The notes beneath the pieces are model-generated. The model worked only from the letters and a program-made list of their open reading frames with translations. It had not been told where the DNA came from and did not search any database. This document shows, piece after piece, positions 40,843 to 55,801 of a stretch of 64,000 bases of DNA. The DNA is taken from the NCBI GenBank assembly GCA_963739455.1, contig CAVUAK010000001.1, positions 1,815,229 through 1,879,228 of the forward strand, written 5' to 3'. The stretch comes from an uncultured Gemmatimonadales bacterium. GTDB taxonomy: Bacteria; Gemmatimonadota; Gemmatimonadetes; Gemmatimonadales; GWC2-71-9. Positions within the stretch are counted from its first letter, which is position 1. Each line of letters starts with the position of its first letter. The translations under genes were made by a program, and so were the position numbers.

Positions 40843-42144
40843 TTACGGGGACTTGTAGACCGTCCCGTTCTTCATCACCCACACGACCCGCTCGATGGCG
40901 CTGAAGTCATCGAGCGGGTTTCCATTTACGGCGATGATGTCGGCGAAGGCCCTGGGCTTGATGACGCCCAGCTCGTTCTCGAACCCGAGCAGCCGCGCAT
41001 CGTTGACGGTCGCGGCCTGCAGCACCTGCACCGGTGTGAGTCCCGCCTGGATGTAGGCGAAGAGCACGCGCTTGGCGGCCGCACCCTGCGCGGTGCCGAG
41101 CGCGATGTACATGTCCGATCCTGCCGATATCGGTACTCCAGCCTTCACGGCACGCATGAGGCGCTCGCGCTCCGAGTTCATGTAGGCCACGAAGCCCTGG
41201 GGCAGCGGCCCCTGCATGCCGGCCGCCTTTGCGTAGGCCACGGCTGTGAGCGTGTCGACGTCGGTCGGCGTCAGGTAGACCCCCTTCTGCGCCATCATTC
41301 GGAACGTCGAGTCGGCGACCTCGTATCCGTGCTCGATCGAGTTCACGCCCGCCGCCGCGGCGCGCCATACCGCGGCGTCGTCCGTCGCATGCGCCGCCAC
41401 GCGCACGCCGAGGAGCTTCGCCGTGGCGACAATGGCCTCCAGCTCGGCGGATGACAGCACGCCGGGGTTTGGCGTGTTGTTTGAGTAAACCTTGATGACC
41501 TGGGCACCCTGCGAGACGTTCTCCTGCACCGCGAGTGCTGCATCGGCTGGGCCACGGACGATGCGATACTCCTCCTCGACGATCGACTGGTAGCCGGCCT
41601 GCACGCCGGGGAACTGTCCGCCCGGCGGTGAGAGGCCGGGACCCGAGACGATCATGCGTGGTCCGTCCACGCTCCCGTCCCGGATTGCGGCGCGAAGGGC
41701 CACGTCACCGAAGCGGCCGGAGTTACCGAGGTCGCGGACCGTTGTGATCCCCGCCGCGAGGAACGTTCGAGCGCGTGCAGCCCCATGGAGAGCGCGGAGC
41801 GGCGTGCCCTCCATGGTGACTGCCTTGACCCCTTCCAGCGCACCGCCGTTCTTCGGGTCCTCGAGGTAGAGCAGGTGGGTGTGGGCGTCGATGAGGCCTG
41901 GGAGCACCGTGTATTTCGACAGGTCCACCACACGCGCACCCCTGGGCGTGGTCACCTTCGCGCCGACTTCCGCGATGCGGCCATTCACCACCAGGATCTC
42001 CTGCGGCCCCGACATCGTGCCATTCTCGCTGTCGAAGACACGCCCGGCCCGGATGACCATCGGCATCGTGTCGGGGGTGGTCTGGGCCGAAATGCTGCTT
42101 ACACCGAGCAGCATGACGCTCAGCAACCCAATTGACGCTCGCAT
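40843..42144 (-). CDS. secreted amidohydrolase-family protein (prolidase/imidazolonepropionase-like)
   Basis: Signal peptide, PGLIDAHTHL metal motif and the AHA...D pattern. Confidence 0.8.
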   Translation of the reverse strand: MRASIGLLSVMLLGVSSISAQTTPDTMPMVIRAGRVFDSENGTMSGPQEILVVNGRIAEVGAKVTTPRGARVVDLSKYTVLPGLIDAHTHLLYLEDPKNGGALEGVKAVTMEGTPLRALHGAARARTFLAAGITTVRDLGNSGRFGDVALRAAIRDGSVDGPRMIVSGPGLSPPGGQFPGVQAGYQSIVEEEYRIVRGPADAALAVQENVSQGAQVIKVYSNNTPNPGVLSSAELEAIVATAKLLGVRVAAHATDDAAVWRAAAAGVNSIEHGYEVADSTFRMMAQKGVYLTPTDVDTLTAVAYAKAAGMQGPLPQGFVAYMNSERERLMRAVKAGVPISAGSDMYIALGTAQGAAAKRVLFAYIQAGLTPVQVLQAATVNDARLLGFENELGVIKPRAFADIIAVNGNPLDDFSAIERVVWVMKNGTVYKSP

Positions 42145-42171
42145 GGTACCTCCCTTTTCCCTGTTCCCGGT
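42145..42171 (-). promoter_or_regulatory. purine-rich leader ACCGGGAACAGGGAAAAGGGAGGUACC directly before ATG
   Basis: This is the entire 27-nt intergenic spacer. It contains the GGGAACAGGGAA motif plus a GGGAGG SD. Confidence 0.5.
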
Positions 42172-43836
42172 TCACCGCCGTTCAAACACCGTCTTTCCAC
42201 CCAGTACTGTCCGCATCACCCGTGCTTCGAGGATGCTCGAAGCCGGCACTGTCATGATGTCCTGGTCGAGGATCACGAAGTCGGCATACTTGCCGACCGA
42301 TAGACTCCCCACCTCGTTCTCCATGAAGGACGCATGGGCGGGCCACATCGTCATGCCGAGCAGTGCTTCCTCGCGGGTGAGCCGCTGTGCAGGGAACCAG
42401 CCGCCATCAGGATGGTTCTCCGCATCCTGCCGCGTGACAAACGCGTGGAAGGACACGAGCGGGTTGATCGACTCCACCGGGGCATCGGAGCCGTTGGGAA
42501 TGATGACGCCGGTATTTCTCAGCGAACGCCAGGCGTATGCGCCAAGCACCCGTTCCGGGCCAATCCGTGTGGTCACCCATGCCATGTCGCTCGTCTGGTG
42601 GCTGCCCTGCATTGACGGAATCACGCCAAGCTGCGCGAAACGCGGAATGTCCTCCGGGGCGAGTACCTGCGCGTGCTCCACACGCAGGCGATAGTCCGCC
42701 GCTGGCACCTGCTTCAGCGCGGCGGCATAGGTGTCCAGCACCACGCGATTCGCGCGGTCTCCAATGGCATGGATCGCCATCTGGTAGCCGGCCCGCAGTG
42801 CGCGCAGGACCACCTGTGCCATTTGCTCCGGCGGGATGCGGTAATGGCCGGTGTTCCCCGGGTCATCGCTGTACGGCTCGAGCAGCGCCGCCCCCCGACT
42901 GCCCAGCGCACCATCAAGCTCGATCTTCACCGCCCGGACCCAGAGGTGCCCGTCGTAGAGTCCGATGCGCGGCTTCTGCGCCAGTTGTGCCGCGAGGAAG
43001 CTGCCTGTGTCGCTCTCGGCGAGGATCATGAGATAGCTGCGAAGATTGAACCGGCCTTCTCGGGCGAGGCTTTCGTACGTCTGGAGATCCAGGGCCTCGA
43101 TCCCGGGGTCGTGGATGCCGGTCAAGCCAAAGCGATTCGCCTCAGCGATGGCCGGAAGGGTCTCGGCGCGCCTCGTCTCCACGTCATCGGCAGGGATGAC
43201 GCGTTCGACCAGCTGGAATGCCACGTCGATCAGCACACCAGTTGGTTCACCGTTCGCGTCGCGGACGATGCGGCCACCTGGTGGATCGGGCGTGTTCCGC
43301 GTGATGCCCGCTGCCCGCAATGCCGCCCCGTTCACCAGGGCGGCATGGCCATCGACCCGCCGGAGATACACCGGGTTCCCAGGGGTGGCCAGGGAGAGCG
43401 CAGCGTTGTTCGGGAAGTCGGTGCCCCAGAGGTTCTGGTCCCAGCCGCGTCCACGAATCCACGTTCCCGGGGCCGCATGCGTTGCCTTGGCGGCGACCAG
43501 CGTCACCAGGGAGTCGTAGGAGGGAACGCCGCGCAAGTCGAGCGTGGCAAGGATGAGGCTGAGGTTGCGGAGGTGTGCGTGAGCGTCGATGAAACCGGGG
43601 TAGAGCGGACGGCCACCGGCATCGATCCGAACGGTGGCTGGTGCAGTGAGCGCCGCCGCCCCCGCGTTCGAGCCAACGAACACGATCCGGTCACCGCGCA
43701 CCGCCAGTGCCTCAGCGCGCGGCTGCGCGGAATCGGCGGTGTAGATGATGGCATTGGTGACGACGAGATCGGCTGGATGGGACTGGGCAACGAGCAGCGC
43801 GGGAAGGAGCGCTGCGGCAAAAGCGAGTCGGATCAC
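42172..43836 (-). CDS. secreted amidohydrolase 3 (YtcJ-like) family protein
   Basis: GTG 43836 gives the signal peptide VIRLAFAAALLPALLVAQ. PGFIDAHAHL is present. The rest of track ORF 42172..44004 upstream of this start is not protein-like. Confidence 0.8.
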   Translation of the reverse strand: MIRLAFAAALLPALLVAQSHPADLVVTNAIIYTADSAQPRAEALAVRGDRIVFVGSNAGAAALTAPATVRIDAGGRPLYPGFIDAHAHLRNLSLILATLDLRGVPSYDSLVTLVAAKATHAAPGTWIRGRGWDQNLWGTDFPNNAALSLATPGNPVYLRRVDGHAALVNGAALRAAGITRNTPDPPGGRIVRDANGEPTGVLIDVAFQLVERVIPADDVETRRAETLPAIAEANRFGLTGIHDPGIEALDLQTYESLAREGRFNLRSYLMILAESDTGSFLAAQLAQKPRIGLYDGHLWVRAVKIELDGALGSRGAALLEPYSDDPGNTGHYRIPPEQMAQVVLRALRAGYQMAIHAIGDRANRVVLDTYAAALKQVPAADYRLRVEHAQVLAPEDIPRFAQLGVIPSMQGSHQTSDMAWVTTRIGPERVLGAYAWRSLRNTGVIIPNGSDAPVESINPLVSFHAFVTRQDAENHPDGGWFPAQRLTREEALLGMTMWPAHASFMENEVGSLSVGKYADFVILDQDIMTVPASSILEARVMRTVLGGKTVFERR

Positions 43837-43860
43837 CTGTTCCCTGTTCCCTCTTCCCGC
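43837..43860 (-). promoter_or_regulatory. purine-rich leader GCGGGAAGAGGGAACAGGGAACAG directly before GTG
   Basis: Same GGGAACAGGGAACAG motif as at 204-238 and 42145-42171. Confidence 0.45.
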
Positions 43861-43879
43861 AGTTGTAGTTCCCGCAGGT

Positions 43880-44437
43880 TCAGGCCAGTCCCAGTGCCTC
43901 GCCGTACGCCATGCCCTGCGACATGCGGTCGTAGATCGCACCGAGGGTTTCCGGGGCGCCCGCCAGGAACCGAGCCCGCGGATCTCCCCTGGAGGGACAC
44001 TCAACCTGCATCACTGCCGTGACCTGGCCTGACAGCCTGCCAAAGAACTCGGCGAGCATGCCGCAACTCACGTGGCAGGAGGGATACTCGCTGGAACCGG
44101 GTTCACCTGCCTCGGCCCACTCGATGGCGTCGAGGGCGAGCACGGCATCGCCGAGTGGGCGCGCCGTAAGCGGCCCCCAGCCGATTTCGGAGAAGAAGCG
44201 CGAAAGCACCTCGCTCAGGAACGCCTGGTCGAGGTCGCCCGGGTCGCCGAGCTGGTAAGTCTCCTTGAGCCAGGCTGCATAGGCGGCGTACAGCTCTGCA
44301 CCCCCGGCAAACCCTGCTTCCTGCAGATAGGCGGCCGTCTGGACGCCCACCTCGCGATCGAGGGTGGCGCGAAGCTGCTGGAAGAAGCGGCGGCCGATGC
44401 CGACGCAGTGGCTGGAGGCGAGGAAGTTTGGATTCAT
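43880..44437 (-). CDS. V4R-domain-like small-molecule-binding protein
   Basis: C-terminal CHVSCGMLAEFFGRLSGQVTAVMQVECPSRGDPRARF resembles the V4R Cys pattern. Confidence 0.5.
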   Translation of the reverse strand: MNPNFLASSHCVGIGRRFFQQLRATLDREVGVQTAAYLQEAGFAGGAELYAAYAAWLKETYQLGDPGDLDQAFLSEVLSRFFSEIGWGPLTARPLGDAVLALDAIEWAEAGEPGSSEYPSCHVSCGMLAEFFGRLSGQVTAVMQVECPSRGDPRARFLAGAPETLGAIYDRMSQGMAYGEALGLA

Positions 44438-44456
44438 GTTGGATTCGAGTGGGAGT

Positions 44457-47296
<2,840 letters not shown>

Positions 47297-47446
47297 ACGT
47301 AATCATGACAACGGTGTAGGGCCACGGGGACCTGTGGTCGCTTGGAGGGTTGGGAATCTGGCGGTAGGTTCATTCAGCAAGGCCGGTTGCGCGGAGGGCG
47401 GAGACACCGTTCTCGGGCTGCGTCCGGGGCAGCAGGAGGAGGTCGC

Positions 47447-47695
47447 ATGTTCGATCGTGAAGAATCAGACGGCGGTGGCAGCTTTGCCGCGGGGTTGCTC
47501 GTTGGGGCGCTGGTCGGTGCCGGCCTGGCGCTCCTCTTCGCCCCGGAGAAGGGTGAGTCAGTGCGTCGCAAGCTCGGCAAGAAGGCCCGCCGCGTGAGCG
47601 AGTCGGCCCGTGAAGTGGTGGAAGATGCGGCGGAAGAGGTGCGGGACGAGGTGGCGCGTCGTCGTCGCGAGATTGCCCGGAACCTGGGCGTGTGA
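47447..47695 (+). CDS. YtxH-domain protein
   Basis: GGAGGAGG SD plus ATG 47447. AAGLLVGALVGAGLALLFAPEKGE is followed by a charged helix. Confidence 0.7.
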   Translation: MFDREESDGGGSFAAGLLVGALVGAGLALLFAPEKGESVRRKLGKKARRVSESAREVVEDAAEEVRDEVARRRREIARNLGV

Positions 47696-47741
47696 AGACC
47701 AGCCGGGGCGGCAGGCGCCGTCCCGGGCCGCACCGCGCCGG

Positions 47742-48536
47742 CTACTTCTTGCCGGCGATCTTCGTCAGCATCGCGGCGGCATCCCGCTTGTACATCGGGT
47801 CGCCGACGTCCTGGACGGGCAGGGTCGCGATCATCTCGAACTGTTCCCGCGCCCCGGCGTAGTTCCCGACATCGACGTATACCAGGCCCAGGTCCAGCCG
47901 GTGGTAGATCCAGGTCGGGTTGAGCGACACGGCGCGCTGCAGGTACTTCTGCGCGTTGTCCCAGCTGGCCTGGCTGAATGCGCTCCCACCCATGAATGAC
48001 TTGGCAAAGAAGCGCTCCACGCTCGACAGGCGCATGATCTCGGCATTCCAGCGGCCCAGCACGTGATAGGCGCCGTCGTGCGACTGGTCGAGGCCGATCG
48101 CCGTCAGCGCATCCTGCTGGATCTCTACTGCACGCTTGACACGTTCCTTCCGGCTCTTGGTCAGCGCGGCACGCCCGATGGCATTCGCGAGGACGAACCA
48201 CGCATCCGCGCTCTTGGGCGCGAGAATGACGGCGCGCTGGGCCAGCACCTCGGCCCGGTCATAGAGTGAGTCGCGTTCCGGGCTGGGGACCGAATCGGGG
48301 GTGAGCTTGCCCATGTCGATCAGGGTGAGCGCGGCCTTCCAGTACGCGGTGCCGTTCATCGAGTCGGCGGCGATGGCTGCCTTGTACGCCGCGAGCGCGG
48401 CGGGAGGGTCGAGCGCCGCGCGCGCGGCATCGCCCCGGGCAATGTCGGCGGCTTCCGTCTGGGCTGCGACAGGAGCGGCGGCGAGTACAGTGAGCAACGC
48501 CAGCAGGCCGGCAGGGCGCATCCGAGAGATCTCCAT
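47742..48536 (-). CDS. secreted TPR-like protein
   Basis: Only the last 264 codons of track ORF 47742..49859 are protein-like: signal peptide MRPAGLLALLTVLAAAPVAAQ followed by TPR-like helices. Confidence 0.65.
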   Translation of the reverse strand: MEISRMRPAGLLALLTVLAAAPVAAQTEAADIARGDAARAALDPPAALAAYKAAIAADSMNGTAYWKAALTLIDMGKLTPDSVPSPERDSLYDRAEVLAQRAVILAPKSADAWFVLANAIGRAALTKSRKERVKRAVEIQQDALTAIGLDQSHDGAYHVLGRWNAEIMRLSSVERFFAKSFMGGSAFSQASWDNAQKYLQRAVSLNPTWIYHRLDLGLVYVDVGNYAGAREQFEMIATLPVQDVGDPMYKRDAAAMLTKIAGKK

Positions 48537-48569
48537 GGGGAGGACCGCGATGGGGCTGGGCAGCACTGA

Positions 48570-49895
48570 ATGGTGATTGCGCCACTGATCGAGCGCAAGC
48601 GAGATGGTTTCGCGCTGGCCCCCGAGGAGTGGCGCGCGATCATTCATGCCTTCGCCCAGGGCGAACTTCCGGACTACCAGATGTCGGCCCTGGCCATGGC
48701 GGTGGTATGGCGTGGGCTCGAACCGGCCGAGCTCACGGCCCTCACGGACGCCATGCTCGACTCCGGTGACCGACTCCGCTGGGATGCCCTTCCGGTGCCG
48801 CGGGTGGACAAGCACTCGACTGGTGGCGTCGGGGACAACACGTCCCTGCTCCTGGTGCCCATGGTGGCGGCGGTGGGCGTCGCCGTGCCGATGATGTCGG
48901 GCCGGGCGCTGGGCCATACCGGCGGCACGCTCGACAAGCTCGAGGCGATCGCCGGCTTCCGCACCCGCCTGACGCTGCGCGAAGCCGAGGCCCAGGTGCA
49001 GCGCATCGGCTGTGTCATGCTGGGCCAGACCCATGAAATCGCACCAGCTGATGGACGCCTCTACGCGCTGCGCGACGTGACCGGCACGGTCGAATCGATT
49101 CCGCTCATCGCGGCGAGCATCATGTCCAAGAAGCTGGCGGAGGGACTCTCCGGGCTGGTCCTCGACGTGAAGCGGGGCAGTGGAGCCTTCATCCCGAGGC
49201 TGGAAAGTGCGCTGGAACTCGCGCAGACGATGATCGGCCTGGGTGATGCTCATGGCTGCCACACGGTGGCACTGCTCACGGCGATGGACAGGCCGCTCGG
49301 GTATGCGTGTGGCAACGCCCTCGAGGTAGAGGAGGCCATCGCGGGCCTGCAGGGCAGCGGGCCTGCGGACCTCATGGAGGTGACCTACGCACTGGGGGTG
49401 GAAATGCTGCTGGCGACGGGTACGGAGGTTAACCGCTCTACAGCGAACACCCGCCTGCACGGGGCGGTCAGCAGCGGCGCCGCGCTCGACAAGCTCCGTC
49501 TGATGATCGAGGCACAGGGCGGCAACCCTGCCATCGTGGATGACCCGGGTGTCCTGCCCCAGGCGCGCCACAGCGAGGTCTGGGAATCGCCGCAGGACGG
49601 CTTGGTGAGCGAGGTCGTGCCTCGCGAGATCGGCCGCGCGATCAACGCGATGGGCGGCGGGCGACAGCGGGTCACCGATCACGTCGACCCGTCGGTCGGG
49701 TTCCACATCACGGTGAAGCCAGGCCAGCGGGTGGAGCGCGGCCAGCCGCTCGCCACGATCCACGCGCGGGACGAGCATGGCCTCGGAGTCGCTCGCGCGG
49801 CGCTCGCCAGTGCCATCCGGTTCGGCGAGACGGCAGATCCCCTGCCGCTCATCTCGCACCGCGTCACCCTGACAGGCGTGGAGGCGTTGGCATGA
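48570..49895 (+). CDS. deoA: thymidine/pyrimidine-nucleoside phosphorylase
   Basis: DKHSTGGVGD and SGRALGHTGGTLDKLE. Confidence 0.9.
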   Translation: MVIAPLIERKRDGFALAPEEWRAIIHAFAQGELPDYQMSALAMAVVWRGLEPAELTALTDAMLDSGDRLRWDALPVPRVDKHSTGGVGDNTSLLLVPMVAAVGVAVPMMSGRALGHTGGTLDKLEAIAGFRTRLTLREAEAQVQRIGCVMLGQTHEIAPADGRLYALRDVTGTVESIPLIAASIMSKKLAEGLSGLVLDVKRGSGAFIPRLESALELAQTMIGLGDAHGCHTVALLTAMDRPLGYACGNALEVEEAIAGLQGSGPADLMEVTYALGVEMLLATGTEVNRSTANTRLHGAVSSGAALDKLRLMIEAQGGNPAIVDDPGVLPQARHSEVWESPQDGLVSEVVPREIGRAINAMGGGRQRVTDHVDPSVGFHITVKPGQRVERGQPLATIHARDEHGLGVARAALASAIRFGETADPLPLISHRVTLTGVEALA

Positions 49896-50119
49896 CCATC
49901 AGCTCACCCTGGTATGGCCTCCTCGCCGGCGTTGCATTTGTGTTCTGGCTGGTACAGCGACGCCGTCGGCACCGGGTGCCTGGCGGTCCCATCATTCATC
50001 GGGCGGAACTCGAGCAGGCGGAGCGGGAGGTGCAGGCGATGGGCGCGCAGGACAGGGTGCCGCTGGACGAGAGGGACCACTGGGGGCCCGGCGCTCCCCG
50101 GCCGCCCATCCGGCTTTGA
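49892..50119 (+). CDS. small single-pass membrane protein, hypothetical
   Basis: ATGA overlap with deoA. One TM helix (WYGLLAGVAFVFWLV) followed by RRRRH. Confidence 0.4.
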   Translation: MTISSPWYGLLAGVAFVFWLVQRRRRHRVPGGPIIHRAELEQAEREVQAMGAQDRVPLDERDHWGPGAPRPPIRL

Positions 50120-50120
50120 T

Positions 50121-50552
50121 CTAGGTCAGGGATACTTCCGGGCCGAAGGTCTCGATGAGGTCGTCGTCGTACCGGTCGGCGAGGCGCGCGGTCTGGGTTA
50201 CCAGTTCGAGCAGTTCCGGCTCCTCGACATCAGCGCAGAAACGGCCCGCCCCGAGCCAGACACAGTCGTTCTCGTCCACGGAGAACGCCGCGTAGTTCCC
50301 CAGGTCGTGATTGAGGCTGAGCAGGGTGCGGAGGAGGGTCTCCCGCCCGCGCTGCGGCAGCTTCACCACCCGGAACTTCACGTGCAGGAAGGGGTCGGCC
50401 TCGGGTTCAGTTGCGCCAAGGATCGCCACGTAGCCGGTCACCGAGCCGCGGTGCACCACCCATGCGTCGTCACCGAGCGAGAGCTTGCCCGGGTCCTCAC
50501 CGAGCCCGGTCAGGAGCTCGGGGATCTTCAGCCGGAGCGTGGCGACATCCAC
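50121..50552 (-). CDS. YbjN-like (T3SS-chaperone-fold) protein
   Basis: GTG 50552 lies 1 nt after the gyrB stop. The YbjN-like pattern ends in an acidic C-terminus. Confidence 0.55.
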   Translation of the reverse strand: MDVATLRLKIPELLTGLGEDPGKLSLGDDAWVVHRGSVTGYVAILGATEPEADPFLHVKFRVVKLPQRGRETLLRTLLSLNHDLGNYAAFSVDENDCVWLGAGRFCADVEEPELLELVTQTARLADRYDDDLIETFGPEVSLT

Positions 50553-50553
50553 C

Positions 50554-52489
<1,936 letters not shown>

Positions 52490-52497
52490 GTCTCCAG

Positions 52498-52843
52498 CTA
52501 TGGTAAGGGTCTCATGCCGGGACCCGCGGCGATCCAGCGGATGCCCGCGAATCCGTCCCTGACGTCCTGCATTGAGCCGCGCGATGATCTGTGGTGTCAT
52601 GAGGCTCAGCTCGTTGGCCCACGCGGCCGTCGTTACGCGCACCCGCAGCAGGCCATCGGGTGTGATCGACTCCGCCTCCGTCACCGCCGCGATCTGCTCA
52701 CCCACAAGGCGGGGCCATTCAACGATCACGGTGGCCTGCGCCACCCGCGCCCCGATACCGGTGCGACCGAGCCAGGCTGCAACCGCGTCGCCGATCGGTG
52801 CCGGCGCGCGCTTGCGGGAACCCCTCGCTTCATCGTCGCTCAT
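52498..52843 (-). CDS. DUF721 (DciA-like) protein; frame interrupted at ~52545
   Basis: [49 protein letters not shown] is the DUF721 pattern. Dropping one G of the GGG at ~52545 gives [17 protein letters not shown]. As read, it fuses in frame to gyrB. Confidence 0.65.
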
Positions 52844-53928
52844 GCCGACTCCCCGCCACGTGTGGCCCGGCCGCCGTTCATTTCCCACCGCGGGAGCTCG
52901 AGTTGCCGCGGCAATTCATCGCTCCGCGGCGCCGTCACGAAGAGCTGCCGTGCTCCATCGCGCGTGAGCCGCATGGCCAGCCGCCGCTGCCGTTCCGAGT
53001 CGAGCTCCGCGAATACGTCATCCATCAGCAGCGCCGGCTCCATGCCGCGGCGCTCGCGGAGCGTGCCGAGTTCCAGCAGCTTGAGCGCGATGGCGGCGCT
53101 GCGGAGCTGGCCGGTGGAGCCGTACACCCGCAGCGGCTGGCCATCGATCGCGAGCGCGACGTCATCGCGATGGGGACCAACGGTGGTAATGCCGCGCGCC
53201 CTGTCCGTCGCGAAACTGCGAGTAAAGGCATCGTGCCATGCCCCCGGCTCGGACAACTCGGGGCGACCGGCATACTCCAGCGTCGCGTGTCCCGATTCGT
53301 TGAGCCCCGCCAGTTCGTCGGCGAATGCCCCACCTGCGCCGGCAGCCCACGCAACACGGCGCTCCACGAGCAGCGCCCCTTCCGCCGTCAGGATCGGCTC
53401 ACAGGCCCGGGCGACGTCGCCCTGCTGCTGTCGCAGCGCCGCGTTCCGGCGGGACAAGGCGCCGCGATATCGCAACAGCGCCCGCAGGTACGCCGGCTCG
53501 GCCAGTGACAGCATCCGGTCGAGAAAACGTCGCCGACCGGCGGCCGGTCCCCCAGCCAGCTCCACGTCGCCGGGAAGGAACACCACCGCGAGCCAGCGGC
53601 CGATCGCGGCGGTGAGTCGTCGCTCCTCGACGTTGTCGACGGCAATCCGCTTCTTCCGGCCCGATGCCAGGAAGGTGGCGGTCAGCGATCCCGTCGCCTC
53701 ACCGTCGAACACCGCCTCGACGTGGAACCCCGTTCCGTTGAACGCGACCAGTTCCGAATCGGTCGCCCCGCGAAAGGACCGGAGCAGGACCGGGTAGTAC
53801 GCCGCCTCGAGGAGATTGGTCTTTCCCTGGCCGTTCTGCCCTACAAGGGCGAACCCCCCTGACGGCACTTCCAGCTCGCCGTCCGCCAGGTTGCGGAAGC
53901 CACGGATCGCGAGGCGGGAAAGCCTCAC
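52840..53928 (-). CDS. recF: DNA replication/repair protein RecF
   Basis: IRGFRNL, P-loop [13 protein letters not shown], signature [15 protein letters not shown] and [11 protein letters not shown]. Confidence 0.9.
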   Translation of the reverse strand: MRLSRLAIRGFRNLADGELEVPSGGFALVGQNGQGKTNLLEAAYYPVLLRSFRGATDSELVAFNGTGFHVEAVFDGEATGSLTATFLASGRKKRIAVDNVEERRLTAAIGRWLAVVFLPGDVELAGGPAAGRRRFLDRMLSLAEPAYLRALLRYRGALSRRNAALRQQQGDVARACEPILTAEGALLVERRVAWAAGAGGAFADELAGLNESGHATLEYAGRPELSEPGAWHDAFTRSFATDRARGITTVGPHRDDVALAIDGQPLRVYGSTGQLRSAAIALKLLELGTLRERRGMEPALLMDDVFAELDSERQRRLAMRLTRDGARQLFVTAPRSDELPRQLELPRWEMNGGRATRGGESA

Positions 53929-53964
53929 AAAAATAGTCGGTTGGGGGAGGGTGTTGCAGGCCTG

Positions 53965-54754
53965 TCAGTGACCTTCAAAGGCGGGCTTCCGCTTCTCGAG
54001 GAAAGCGCGGGTTCCCTCGCGCATGTCGTCGGTGGAGGAGAGCAAGCCGAACAGGTTGGCCTCGAGCAGGAGGGCATCCTCCTGGCTCATCTCGTAGCCG
54101 GCGTCAACCGCCTCGAGCACTGACCGCACGCGCGAGCGGGCCTTGCTCCATGATGCCCCGCACCAGTGCCTCGGCGTCACTGAGAAGCCGGTCGGCAGGC
54201 ACGACTCGACTCACCAGCCCGATGCGCAGTGCCTCGGCGGCGTCGATGATCGCGCCGGTCAAGAGGAGCTCCAGGGCCCGCCCCTTTCCGACAATGCGCG
54301 GCAGTCGCACGGTGCCGCCGTATCCGGGAAGGAGGCCCAGTTTCACCTCCGGCTGGCCGAACTTGGCCGTATCGCTCGCGATCCTGATGTGGCATGCCAT
54401 CGCCAGCTCGCAGCCGCCGCCCAGGGCAAAACCATTGACCGCCGCCACCACCGGCTTGTTCAGTCGCTCGAAGGCGCGGAACACCAGTTGACCGGCGCGT
54501 GCCCGCGCCTTGCCGTCCATCGGGCCCTGGGTGGTGAGCTCGCTGATATCGGCACCGGCAACGAACGCCTTGGGCCCCGCCCCGGTGAGGATTACGGCGT
54601 GCACTGCAGTGTCGGCCGCCACTGCCGCGGCCGCATCACCCAGCTCCCGGATGACGGTGCCATTCAGGGCGTTCAGCTTGTCGGGACGGTTGATCGTGAC
54701 GCGGGCCAGGCCATCGGCCACATCGTAGAGGAGGGTCTCGTAAGCCATGCCCAA
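53965..54754 (-). CDS. enoyl-CoA hydratase/isomerase; frame interrupted at ~54131
   Basis: VAAVNGFALGGGCELAMACHIRIAS lies in track ORF 54104..54754. The C-terminus VRSVLEAVDAGYEMSQEDALLLEANLFGLLSSTDDMREGTRAFLEKRKPAFEGH lies in track ORF 53965..54180. Confidence 0.85.
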
Positions 54755-54793
54755 ACTTAATCGCGCTGAGCGCCAGGCCGCCTATCTTTGGGC

Positions 54794-55801
54794 ATGACGA
54801 TTCCCGTGACCGTAGCATGGACGCCCGAGGGGCTGGTGGTGCTCGACCAGGCGCGCCTTCCGGGCGAAGAGGTGTATGTGACCCTGCGGACGGTGGCCGA
54901 GGTGGCCGACGCCATCCGCACCCTGCAGGTGCGCGGCGCGCCCCTGATCGGAATTGTGGGTGCCATGGGCGTGGCACTGGCCGCGCGCGAACCTGGCGAC
55001 GAGTCCGCTGCCGCCGTGCGGAAGCGGGTGGATCGTGCCGGACGACTATTGGCGGCCACCAGGCCCACGGCGGTTAATCTCCGCTGGGCGATCGACCGGA
55101 TGCTCGAAGTGACCAACCGGACGATGCCGGACGCGCGCCGCCTGACCGATTCACTGGTGGCGGAGGCCAAGGCGATCCATGACGAGGATCGCGCGATGTG
55201 CGACGCGATCGGTGAGCATGGGCTCGTGGTCGTCCCCGACGGCGCCATCGTGCTGACGCATTGCAATGCCGGCTCACTGGCGACCGGTGGCATCGGCACG
55301 GCGCTGGCGCCGGTATACCGTGCGCACCAGGCGGGTCGCAAGGTCCATGTCGTCGCCGACGAGACACGACCGGTGCTTCAGGGCGGTCGCCTCACCGCCT
55401 GGGAGCTCACCCGCGCCGGCGTTCCCTGTACGCTGATCGCAGACAGCATGGCCGCGAGCCGGCTCCGCAAGGGCGACGTGACCTGCGTCATCGTTGGCGC
55501 CGATCGGATCGCGGCCAACGGCGACACGGCCAACAAGATCGGCACCTATCCGCTGGCCCTCGCGGCCAGGGCGCACAACGTGCCGTTCTACGTCGCGGCG
55601 CCGCAGTCCACCTTCGACCTTGCGACCCCCAATGGCGCCGCGATTCCCATCGAGGAACGCCACGCCGATGAGATCACGATGATCGGTGGTCGCCGGATTG
55701 CGCCCGACGGCGTGGCGGTGTGGAATCCGGCCTTCGACGTGACGCCCGCGTCGTTGATCACCGGGTTCATTACCGATCGCGGTCTCCTGACGCGCCCGTG
55801 A
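54794..55801 (+). CDS. mtnA: S-methyl-5-thioribose-1-phosphate isomerase
   Basis: VRGAPLIG, THCNAGSLAT, ADETRPVLQGGRLTAWEL and GADRIAANGDTANKIGTY. Confidence 0.85.
   Translation: MTIPVTVAWTPEGLVVLDQARLPGEEVYVTLRTVAEVADAIRTLQVRGAPLIGIVGAMGVALAAREPGDESAAAVRKRVDRAGRLLAATRPTAVNLRWAIDRMLEVTNRTMPDARRLTDSLVAEAKAIHDEDRAMCDAIGEHGLVVVPDGAIVLTHCNAGSLATGGIGTALAPVYRAHQAGRKVHVVADETRPVLQGGRLTAWELTRAGVPCTLIADSMAASRLRKGDVTCVIVGADRIAANGDTANKIGTYPLALAARAHNVPFYVAAPQSTFDLATPNGAAIPIEERHADEITMIGGRRIAPDGVAVWNPAFDVTPASLITGFITDRGLLTRP

Noticed and set aside
48537-49859. Upstream two-thirds of the 705-aa track ORF 47742..49859
   Set aside because: Only the last 264 codons (signal peptide plus TPR-like helices) look like protein. 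The rest is antisense to thymidine phosphorylase, which has the DKHSTGGVGD motif.
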